Assembly: GCF_026571515.1 (NCBI RefSeq)
Contig: NW_026852001.1
Span: forward strand, 62,001 to 126,000
Direction of reading: 5' to 3'
DNA: 64,000 nt
Source: Ruditapes philippinarum
Taxonomy: Eukaryota
Both the position numbers and the translations under genes were made by a program. The notes under the pieces were generated by a model. The model saw nothing but the letters and a program-made list of their open reading frames with translations, searched no databases and had not been told where the DNA came from. Of the stretch, positions 52,588 to 64,000 are shown in pieces (the stretch's first letter is position 1; every line of letters begins with the position of its first letter).

Positions 52588-54334
52588 ACTGAGTGCACTG
52601 ATATTAATTTTTTCAACATTTCAATTTTACGACTACCAGAGCTTAGTTCTTAAACCAACTGCACTGCACATTATTGTTTCCAAACATCCAGTGGTTTATA
52701 TTGTCTTTTATGTTAATTATAAAATCATTTAAATTGTTAGTTAGAAAACCATTAAATTTCATTCCACGAAATAATTATAGTGCATTTTAACGTACAGCAC
52801 TTGAGTAAGCTATTGATATGCTAAATTTAGCTTACATTATTGAAACAAACTTTCTTAATTACCTTCAACTGCTAATTGTTTTTAAATCTGAAAAAGTTAA
52901 AAATTCTGTATGTATGCCAAGAATGATTATATAGTGCTTACGGGCGGAAATAACATATACTTTTATCTTATATTAAATTTTAAGAAACATTTGTTAACAA
53001 TTTTTCAAGGATTATTGAATTTATTTTCTGTAACCAGACAGTAATACATGAAGTGTCTTCAAGAGATAAGTTATTTCAGTTCAGTTTAACTCAGCCTTAC
53101 CGGTACCTTACCTAGGCCAGCCCGGTGTAGAGCTGTGAAGTCCGGCCCTCTATTCTGTAGGCTGACCAACTTCAAATTTTCATCTTGAATATCCCTGTAT
53201 TTCCAAATTGTATTGTTAGCTGGTTTAAAACACTCAAGCCTGGTTCCAGGACTAACAAGTACATGTGTCATATGTGTAAACATGATCAAGGCGAAAGTTT
53301 GGCTCAAACTTACAGTCCATTGATGAAACAGAAGCTTGTTCTGCCCCCATAGCAGCAAGACAATCACTTTTTTGCTAGTTATACAGCAAGCATACATGTA
53401 TGATTGGGGAAACAGACTACTGTTTTATGTTTTTAATATGTAGTTCATTTTTATTTTTTTTTTTTTTAAGAACACTGTCATTATAGGGACTATTTGGAAC
53501 TACCAAAATGTAGTTTAAACTTTAGATAAAAGAAAAAGCTGTGAAACCTTTTTTTCAGATTGATCAAATTTGTGGGAATGGTAATTGATAGTTTGAGAAT
53601 ACTAATTTCCTAGATACTTGTTACAAAAAAAGAAAATGAAAATGATGTATTCTGTTTGTAAATACCGCATTGGAGAATATTTAAGATTTATTATTCTCAT
53701 TGGTTTAGACCTTGTTTTATCTCCCTATCTCCCTTGTTGTTGGGTTTTTGTTTGTCAGCCATTTTTTTTGCCTTCTTTAATTATTATTGGGAGCGCGTCA
53801 AATAATTTTTTTTGTGTTTTAATATTTAATCTTAATGATTTATTTTCAATGATATTCTGTGGTTACTATGAATTATTGATGAAGACCAAAGTTTGACACA
53901 TTTTGGAACTGTGTGAGTGCAATGTTACCCTGGATTTTTAATTTTGCATTATAGTTGACTTAATGTTTAATGACTTTACACAGGAAAATAGAAAAGTAAA
54001 GTATGAGGTATAAAATTGTAAATGACATATAAAAATAAACATGCTTCAAGGGCATGGACCTGTCACTGCTGCTTGCAAATTGCTTTCTTGTAAAGAAGAC
54101 AAGGGGATGACTGTAAAAATCTATTGTAATTATCTGTTATCAATGAAATAGAAATGAAATTACCCCAATTCAGTTTGGTCAACAATCTGTTTGTTTGCTG
54201 TTTATACATTTCATTATTATATTATCATATCTTTTAGCTTTAAGTTTTAAGTTACACAGTGAATGTGAAGGTCATAAGGCTATTGACCCCAAGTCTGTAT
54301 TTGGAACAGGACCTTTGATGCCCCACTGTTCATT

Positions 54335-55484
54335 ATTATGTCTCCCCCACCTCGGGGGGAGACATATTGTTTTTGCCCTGTCCGTCCGTCAGTCCGTCCG
54401 TCCGTCAGTCCGTCCGTCCATTCTTCGTTTCCGGACGATAACTAGAGTTCCTTTTGACCTACAGCTCTCAAACTTCATAGGATGAATGGTCTTATTGAGC
54501 AGATGATCCCTATTGTTTTTGGGGTCAGTAGTTCAAAGGTCAAGGTCACAGTGACCGTTTGTCAATTTCTCGTTTCCGGATGATAACTAGAGTTCCTTTT
54601 GACCTACAGCCCTCAAACTTCATAGGATGATTGGTCTTATAGAGCTGATGACCCCTATTGTTTTTGGGGTCAGTAGGTCAAAGGTCAAGGTCACACTGAC
54701 CGTTGGTCAATTTCTCGTTTCCGGATGATAACTAGAGTTCCTTTAGACCTTCAGACCTCAAACTTCATAGGATGATTGGTCTTATTGAGCAGATGATCCC
54801 TATTGTTTTTGGGGTCAGTAGTTCAAAGGTCAAGGTCACAGTGACCCTTGGTCAATTTCTCGTTTCCGGATGATAACTAGAGTTCCTTTTGACCTACAGC
54901 CCTCAAACTTCATAGGATGATTGGTCTTATAGAGCAGATGATCCCTATTGTTTTTGGGGTCAGTAGGTCAAAGGTCAAGGTCACAGTGACCGTTGGTCAA
55001 TTTCTCATTTCCGGATGATAACTAGAGTTCCTTTTGACCTACAACCTTCAAACTTCATAGGATGATTGGTCTTATTAATCAAATGATCCCTATTGTTTTA
55101 ATGGTCAGTAGGTCAAAGGTCAAGGTCACAGCGACCGTTGGTTAATTTCTCCTTTCCGGATGATAACTAGAGTTCCTTTAGACCTACAACCCTCAAACTT
55201 CATAGGATGATTGGTCTTATTGAGCAGATGATCCCTCTTGTTTATGGGGTCAGTAGGTCAAAGGTTAAGGTCACAGTGACCATTGGTCATTTTCTCATTT
55301 CCGGATGATAACTAGAGTTCTTATCAGTGAGGACATTTAACTATTATTGATATATCAGTGATATATCAGTTGTCTGGTTTTATATACTCTGTTCTTTTAT
55401 CTCCATTTCCATTCCTGTTTCCATTCACAGTTATTCTCAGCAGTGGGGGAGACATGCGCTTTTTTACAAAAGCATCCTCTAGTT
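54335..55484 (+). mobile_element. Helentron/HINE-like element with ~6 x 145-bp tandem array
   Basis: Subterminal inverted repeat atgtctccccc / gggggagacat (the 5' copy also forms a local hairpin); (gtcc)n microsatellite 54380-54419; actagag recurs at 54441, 54586, 54731, 54876, 55021, 55166 and 55311; 3' hairpin gcttttttacaaaagc. Confidence 0.9.
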
Positions 55485-58428
55485 TCAGGTATATTGAAAC
55501 CAAAGAAGAACTCATAACCTTGAATAAACTAGCTGAGTTCTCACTCAGTAGGAACTCAAAAGTTCCAGTGTTGTGATTTGAACCCACAGCAGTGAGGGTC
55601 ATGTGAGTAAAAGTCTGTGACCATCACCAGTCGACCTTATGATATGAGAAGTAAATGTTAGATGTTTTATCCTTGACCTTGTCAAAAGAACAAATTATTA
55701 CTTTTACGAGTATTATAAAGTGTTATAAAGGACATCCCTTTGTTGTACTGGTAGGATGTCTTACAATGAAGCCTATCAAACATTTCTATTTTATAAAAGC
55801 TGATAAGGAAATCCTAGTAGTGGTAATTGATCTTTCTGTCTGAGTGTGATTCTGTCCTATTCTGTTTCATATTTGTCAGGAAATACAATTGTTTTTATCA
55901 TTTTTTAGAGACTGACTAACAGACCCTGTAATAAAACTACCTATTACAATAATTGTAGTTAGTACAGACTTTCTTGGGCCGGTATAGACGTGGAAAATGG
56001 TGAGCGAGAGGGGCATAGACTTGCTATTCCAGAAGATCTTTGCTATTCCAGAAGATCTTTGCATACAACTGGTTGTTATTAAAGGTAAAATGAGTGTTTT
56101 TTTGTCCTTTAATTTTGATTACTTTAATTTTGATTTTTACAAAGTAAGTTTATCAAAATTAAGAGCAAATAGCCTATGAATTTTCTATTAATTGAGACAC
56201 ACTTAAAAAAAAGCCATTTGATATTTTTGATACTAATGACATATTGTCATATAGGTATGTGAACATTTGATCCTTACCACATTAAATATCTTAAATGGAC
56301 TGGTCCCATGAATCTGGAGGCGTATTGCTTTAATCTTAGTATACGTTTGGTCTGTGAACCTACCCCACTATTTCAGGTATGTATTGTCACCGAACAGGAA
56401 CCCATAACCTTGAATATCTTAGTATACGTTTGGTCTGTGAAGGCTGGCTCTCAATTTCATTAGTTCTATAATGAATTCATTATAAATTTATGTTAATTAA
56501 TTAATATAAATAAAAATCTACCGCAACTAGGATGGAGACTGGTTTGTTTACTTCCTATTGACTCAGACTGGTCGCCCTGATTGACATTTTAATTGCTGTA
56601 TTTGGTAGCCTTTCATCTGATAAATATTACAGATAATTACTTGAGTGTTTCATCAAGTTAAAATTTTATGACATTTACACTTACAAATTCTAATAAATCT
56701 CGACAGTATCTCAAATTATTAACCGATCAAGTACAGAAAAATCTTTGTTTTTATGGTCAATATAATGAGAAATTAAAGTCACACTTTAAATAAATGTTAT
56801 TTTTCAAACTGGGTAAATGCCAAACATTAAGGGTAATAATTAGTTTTTTAAGTGTAATAAAATAGTTAAAGTTTATTAAATTTGGTCATAAGTGGGTAAG
56901 TAAGTACTTTTACATAGAGAGAGAATGTTCCTGAATTAAAGCCTTTGATCTGCTGATACATAGTTTTATAGCCAGAATATTACAAGATAATTTGTTTTTA
57001 AATACTAGTAGGAAACAGTGAAAATCTGATTCTTTTCATAATTGTTTAAAATAAAAATGGCAGGGAGCCATTTATAATGAAAGTGGAGGGAGTTGGGGTG
57101 GGGGCGGGGGTAGTATTATTTGAGATTATTGGTTGAATTTTGATAAAGGATTAATTGGGAGTATTCAGTACTACATATTCAAAATGATGACAATATTTAT
57201 TGAAACAATGCCCCCGCAGCCTTCTTGGAATAGATATAGGTGGTCAGATCCACAATTTTTGCAGTTAAATGCTTAAACCCCTACTTATACACAATGAGAG
57301 ATAATTTGTCCCTTACTATTTTGGTTGGTATTTACTACACACGCTATCCAGAGATATCAGTAAAGTAAAATTATTGTTCCCACCCAGCCTCTCCTATCAC
57401 CATCCTTCACACTCGGTCCCCTCCCCTCAAAATATCCTCCAAACTTTAAGCCCTCCTAACCCACCCCAGTGCATAACCAATAAATTTATCTATATTGCAT
57501 TTATCAAGCACCTTGTTTATTCATCTTTCTTGCTAGATTAGGTAAAGGAAGGGAAAGAAGTGTAAGAATAAATAAATAAATGAGCAAACATCAATGTAAC
57601 GAATAAATGAATAAATGAGCGACCATCAATGTAACAGTAAACCATCTACAAAGCAAGTTATTTATTCGCTGCACCATGTAAATATGCATTTGTGTGCGTA
57701 AGAGAAATTAAAGCGAACCAAGAACTATTTACAAGTTGTGCCAATCTGTGATTTGTCTTCATAAAGCTATTTTATACCACATTTTTTCCCCCACGCTGCT
57801 CTTCATCAAATATTGATGCGATTGAAGATTCACTTTCGAACGAGCTCACAATACTGAAACCTTGTCATCATTGCAACATATTATTATTCCACCAGGATTT
57901 TTCCTGAGCCTTCAATGTCTTCATTAAATGCATACAAATAACAGTCTATAGGACTGATTTCGTTTAAACTTGATTACGTTCGTAAACCATTCATAGGTGT
58001 AACTGAATTTCTAAATTAGGAACAGTGTCTATAATAGCTAATTCCGAATAATAACACCTTTCAATCTAATTATACTAGATCTAGAGGGATATGCAAAATA
58101 TTGAGAGTGCTAGATATGAATTCAAAGAAAGATTATTGCATTTTATGATTTGAACTTGAAGAGGTAAATAATTAAATTAAACAGAAGTTTAATTTAAATT
58201 GTATTTATTGATAGATGAATCAATTTATTTGCGTAGCCTTGAGGAAGAATTTAGTTAAAGATGTTATGTGTTGATGGAATATACGCTAAAAAATTGTAAT
58301 ACCCAGCCCTATGTGAAGAATTATGAGGATTTTAGAAAATAATAAAACAATAAATAAAAACTTCTGTCTGTCTACTTTAGGATGTAAGACGTCTGTATGG
58401 TAAAATGTCAAATGTTATTGTAAATCTT

Positions 58429-58704
58429 GTTTTAGCAAGGCTTTTCGAAAAATAGGGAGAGCTATTGTACTCATCGCACCGGTGTTGGCATCTCACTGTG
58501 GTTAAGTTTTTGTTTGCAAGTTGATATCTCCAAAACTACCGAATGGAATGGGTTAAACTCTCTCCAAGGCCCCCCATATCTTTAACATGGATTTTGACAG
58601 AATTAAGGCCCTTTTTGAACTAAAAATTCTACATTATCCATCTTTTGTTCACTATCAAGCACTACAAGTAATCTAGCACACTGTCCTTCCAAACAGCTCT
58701 TGTT
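58429..58704 (+). mobile_element. Diverged copy of the 37420 HINE-like family
   Basis: ttttagc...agagctattg...ggttaagttttt...gacagaatta...actatcaagcact...ctgtcct...acagctcttgtt. Confidence 0.65.
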
Positions 58705-59935
58705 TTTAATAGAAATTTATAGTTATTATATTATTAGATTTATGTCAACTTTAATGAAAGTTTTAGAAATTTACCAAAGTACATGTTACCTGACTAATAT
58801 GAGTTGTTAATAAATTGTTAAAATTAAAATATTAAGTTAAGTAAGCAAGAGTTATTAAATATAAGGTTTAGTTATGCAGATCTACTGATCTTGTGGAAAT
58901 AGTGCAGCCTGCTTGTATTGGCTTACTGGTTAATTTGGATGACAAACTTGTCCTGTCTTGAATCTGGTACAGTCCATTTGTTATTATAAGGGGCTTTGTC
59001 TGCTTTGATATCAATGCTAAAATCATGTAGCCAATGAAATACAGCCCTTTCAGACTACAAAAATACTTGTGCATGCTGACTATGGCTTGTCTGTATGTAT
59101 CTTGTGGCCCATGCATATTTTATAGCATCGTCAGATATCCATTGCCGAACCATTAACATTATTATGTTACATGTTATTGTTAATCAACCATGGGTAACCC
59201 AAAAAGATTTCATAGTCATTGTCACCCCTATTTCTTTAATTGTAGTTAAATTTTTGATAAAGAAATTGTTATTATTAGATGAAGAAGCAAAGTGGGGATT
59301 GTCTGGTTTGTCTTGACTCTATGTCAGTTTGTATTGACTCTAGATATGTTTAATTGATGCCACATTTAGCCCCACGGCTGATCAACATCACTATTCTGAA
59401 GTCTCCTGACAATTTTATGGCACTCTCTACCAGCTACATTGACTGTTACATTGTGAAGAGCAATGGACAGAGTCTGAAATACATTGTTTCTGTCCTTTTT
59501 TATTTAGACTAGAAGAAGAATATAGCAACTAAACATAACTTATCCAGATGCCAATGTCTGCATTACACATTCTTTTTGCAATTTAAATATTCGCTAAAAT
59601 CTCCAATCTGTTTTACAAGATCACTATTGTAGCTATAACTGCATAAGATCAATAACTCTAGCCAAAATATTTTACTGAATTATAGCCCTTTTTGAACTTT
59701 GAAAATTTTGTTTGTGCAATATAAGTTCAGGACTTACAACTACTGAAAATATTAATTTGAAACTTAACCTCTAATCCCAATATTAAGTCTTCTAGTATTG
59801 GTTTTCTCTGAATTATTTATTTTCTTTTTTTGAACTCGAAAAATGCCTTCATTTATATTTTGGTACTTGTCTAATTATTAATATAGCACTATGAATACTA
59901 AAGCATGCTTGTGGACCTCAGGTAACTGTTGCTTA

Positions 59936-60293
59936 GGCCATCCTTAAAAAAATGTTTGTTTGCAGTAACCCGACCCAGATTTTTCAAGAAGGGTAGGTAG
60001 GTCGATTTTTTTTTTTTTTATTGAACTGTACTCCCAAATAAACATGGAATTTCAAAATGCTAGACAATTTATGCTTTGATAATTAATAAATTGATAAATG
60101 AATTCTATTTAAATAATACCTACATTTTATTTCTTCTATTAACCTTTAAAAGAACAAAAACAAAGCACAAGGCATAATTTTTTGATGCAAAAAAAATTTT
60201 TTTTTATCCAGACCATGAAAAAAACTTTTGAGTAGGGGCAAATTTTGTGAGTCGGTCGCGTTACTGCAAACAAACATTTTTTTAAGGATGGCC
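59936..60293. mobile_element. MITE with TTA target-site duplication (PIF/Harbinger-type)
   Basis: TTA|ggccatccttaaaaaaatgtttgtttgcagtaac ... gttactgcaaacaaacatttttttaaggatggcc|TTA; essentially perfect TIR of about 34 bp. Confidence 0.9.
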
Positions 60294-60751
60294 TTAGGTA
60301 CTGTATTTTGTTTGAATAGTAAACCTGGTACTGAACTATAGTAATATTTTTTTATTTGAAACTTTAAAAGAAATATATATCTTTGAAAATTTTAAAGTTA
60401 TTTATAATTGCATAACTAGCAGTTGGGGACTGTGCTTACTTAATATGAGAAAAATAGTTTAACTGTTAAAATTTATGCCCCCTTCTTTGTTTAAATCATA
60501 TTAGATAACAGAAGTTCAAATAACACCCTCTTTTGTCTGCCTCTCAACAGAGGGATTTTGGGTTTGATTCCTATTTGGGTCAGAACCATGTTTTCTAACA
60601 TGAAACCTGAGTACTGGTTAGTTCCGGCAAATAGACTCAAGATTGGTTTAACAAGCTTTGAGCTTTTTTCGCAATCAAACTAAATGAATAATGTTTAAAC
60701 TTTTGAATTTGTGTGCTAGGGAAATGGTAAAAACGTCACAGTTTCATGGGG

Positions 60752-60903
60752 AGGGGGCATTTATTGCGGAGTGGTTAAGGTCGTTAGCTAGCTTGCGAAA
60801 CGTCCTTGGTTCTACTTGGGTGCCTTTTTTGTGCCTGAAATAAAGCATGCCGAGGGGAAACTGAAATCTTCATCCATCAGTAAAGCTGGAAAGTAACCAT
60901 AGA
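60752..60903 (+). mobile_element. SINE-like copy
   Basis: Head gcggagtggttaaggtcg; body gtgcctgaaataa; tail taaagctggaaagt. Confidence 0.55.
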
Positions 60904-61391
60904 AAAAGCCGGGAAAAAAAAGTTCAGTAATTTTTGTACAGTATTAACAGGTGTCCATGATTTCTGTAAAGAAAACTGTCGCAAATTAAAGATATTTCAA
61001 AACGCAACCAATAATATGTTCATCACACATTTATATATTAAAGTTTTCTATTCTTATACCAACATGTCATTCTTGAAGTAAATATAATTATATATACCAA
61101 GTTACAACAATATTAGCTTACTTAAAGCAGTAAATAATTTACCTAGAACTCATTAATTAGTAAATGTAGAATCCCCACAAGGCCTGTGTTAAGCCCTAAG
61201 AGCAAGGTTTAAAGTGAGGAAAGATGAATGAAGAGTTAAGATGATGATACCTGAGGTGACATCACTTCAACATTTATCAGTGTCTGTCAATCAACACCTT
61301 ATTCTATATCAATTATTCAGACAAAGGTCAACATAGCGTTGTCTTATCTCCCCACACTAATTACTGTAACCTGAGATAAACACTGCAGCTT

Positions 61392-61488
61392 AACATTGTT
61401 TCTTTAATGCTTTTAAAAGTATGGTGTACAGTATAGGTCAACATTAATGTTTCTTTAATGCTTTTAAAAGTATGGTGTACAGTATAGG
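61392..61488. repeat. Short tandem duplication (~50 bp x2)
   Basis: tgtttctttaatgcttttaaaagtatggtgtacagtatagg occurs twice. Confidence 0.85.
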
Positions 61489-64000
61489 GTCAGCATATAT
61501 GTATCTTATGCTCCTGTCTGATTTTGTAGAATGATTTACCAAAATAATTTACAACTTTTGCTACTTTGGACAAGTTGTGAGTCACTGCCAAGCCCAAACT
61601 TTAGTGATTCTCACTATGCTACCTTTATTTCAATGGATGAACAAATTCAAATCTTTATTTCAGCATTAAAGATATAAATAAGGCAAAGAAATTCAGGAAG
61701 ATAAGTGTTAAAAAGTTCCTGCAGCATGAGATAGTAGTATTGCTTCATTATGTCAGATACATTGCATTTTTGAATCATTATGATGCACATGATTGGTCAA
61801 CATATTCATTATGATTTCTATTTTATTTGAATTATCATGGAAACATTAATAATATATATTGATAATTCTTGTAATTGCTTTATTAATGACATATTTTGTT
61901 GTACATTGTAGAATGTGAGTACAAAGATCATGAAGTTGATGCTTCATTTACTGTATACAGCTCCACCAACAAAACCCTGCTGCACATGCATGACCACCGA
62001 TAATGTATCCTGCAGGTCACCAAACGAAACAGGCGAAGGGACAAGGGCAGATCATTGCGGCCATAGTGCTTGTGTATTCAGGTGCTTTCTACATTTTTAT
62101 TTATAAATGTTGTGAATAAGTTGTCAGTCACTTGCATACCAGTTAGTTATCCAGGAAAGCCAGTTAGGTAGACCAATTGTCCCTTTAAAATCCAAAGAAA
62201 GAAAAAAATACAAACCAGGCAGTGTATGAATTAGTTGTCCATGTGATCTTTGTGTTGAACTTCCAAACTCATTAACAATGCTATAATGATGTGCTAAGCA
62301 TTTAAAGGTTGCTCCCTTCTCTTCCCCCAAGGGACCCACACCACTCCTCCCCCAAAAGGTTGCTTGAACTACCAACATATACTATGTTGAATTTCATCTT
62401 TTCTTGATACAAAATGATGATTTAGTTATATGAATGGCCAGTATGACAAAATGTAAACTGTAATGTAAATATAAGCAACAATTAAAGAGAAAATATAAAG
62501 CTGTTTAGATAATCACCAACTAAGTCAGGATCTACTATTATGATCATATCACAAATTTCTTAATCTTCTATTCTACATCTCTACCATTACCTTGATACCC
62601 TTGTCTTGTTATACTCCCCCAAGCCAGTCGGTTGGTCAGTCTGTCCGATCATCTCCCTCATGGTTTCCGAACGATAACTAGAGTTGGGAATGCATTATTA
62701 TAATCAAACTTGGTATATAGCAGCCTTATGTTGAAACCAAAGTTGTTAAATTTATACGATGCACTTGCCTTATTTAAATTTTTTTGTCTGGTATTTTCAG
62801 TGAGTTAAGAATTGAAATATTGAAAAATACGCAGCCAGATGGTACAAGATGCTAAGCCTCAAGACTGAACAGTTGTCATGAAACCCTCTAGGTCTATAAT
62901 GGTGATAATAAGTCTGTATATATAAAACTCAAAAGGTTGAGGCTTCTGGTATAGTGATAATGCTTAAGCATTTCAGGCATTTAAAAAGTATTTTCGTAGC
63001 AACACAAAATTGTTATTCTCCTTAAAAACATACCCTTTAACTATATAGGTTTGTAATTTGTTCCTGGACAGGTTTTATTTTAGACTTGATTTCTTTTGGA
63101 ATGGCAGACAAATAATTGTCAGTTTATAGGCTATTGATTGTGAAATGAAACTATCAAATCCCAGGAATACAAATGTTGCTAAAAGAACACACACAGGCAG
63201 ACATTAATATTGAAGTGCAGGTATTAAAATCTTAATACTGGGGTAAAGCAGGGTGTTATTTCTTGTGCCTTCCTATTTATATAAAGAATAATTGATGAGA
63301 CTTGGAGTGGAAGCTTTCTTTTTTCCCAGCCCTTGCGTTTCTGATCTCCAGTGTAAATTAATACTTAATTCCATGAATAATTAATTCATCTGTTCGAGTG
63401 ATAGCAATAGTTTTTCTCGTCAAAATAATTAAGGTTTGTAATTACATTTGTAAATTGACATTTATTAGCTTTCCTCGAACATACAATAAAACAAACTAAC
63501 TTCCTTTTGCGTCTCTCTCCCCATCTTGTGTGCTGCAAATGAAAGGTGGATTTTCCCAATTAGCGTATTTTGTTGATTAATTAATTAACCACGGTCCTGA
63601 GTGTAACTTACATCAAAAGGTGAGGTTGATTTACTAACATTGTTTCTATTTCTAGACAGTGTTGTAATACACATAAATGGATAAAATGCACCAAGAGGTG
63701 TTCATGTATTTGTATGGAATTAATCTTTAATTGTCTCCTAGGAAAAGGTACAAGGAATGTAACCGGATATAAATTTCATTCCTTGCCTTTGAAAAAAAAA
63801 AATGAATAGTACTTAAGTTTTGAAAAATTGGATTTAAAGATTTCGTCAAATTGGTTTGTCATGTAAAATGCTCAACCATACTGTGCTTGAAGAATAGAAG
63901 GAAAAGAGCATTTACCGTACCTTAATAAGGGTAAGAACAAAAATATTGCTTAAGTTTTGCTTTTTCAGCCTTAAGTATGAGGTAAGTCACTCAGTTATTT

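Noticed and set aside
44945-64000. Short ORFs in the distal 19 kb
   Set aside because: Low-complexity F/I/L/K-rich translations with no motifs and no consistent splice chain; no transposase or reverse transcriptase was recognised.

Overview
AT-rich, intron-containing animal DNA, most likely a bivalve mollusc; this is inferred from the repeat families and gene types. Five spliced genes were reconstructed by hand from GT-AG boundaries and intron phases. (1) A minus-strand Mieap/SPATA18-like gene with an N-terminal transmembrane helix (ATG 3942, runs off the left edge). (2) A minus-strand secreted protein of about 805 aa with 3 SRCR domains, Ser/Thr linkers and a ZP module (17163->4466), carrying recent internal duplications. 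(3, 4) Two plus-strand Mieap-like paralogues (18820-22828, 24774-28382) whose N-termini carry myristoylation-type motifs. (5) A complete 12-exon phosphoglycerate kinase (31385-44874). The last ~19 kb has no recognisable coding exon and contains MITEs, SINE fragments and Helentron-like elements with tandem arrays. Three observations stand out: three Mieap-like paralogues share one core but have different predicted membrane anchors; the ZP protein stops at its furin-like site about 1 kb upstream of a phase-compatible TM exon; and 145-bp mobile satellite units are packed with nuclear-receptor elements (perfect EREs, ERRE, DR0/1/2, IR0), with one array inside PGK. All gene models are manual and unconfirmed by transcript data.
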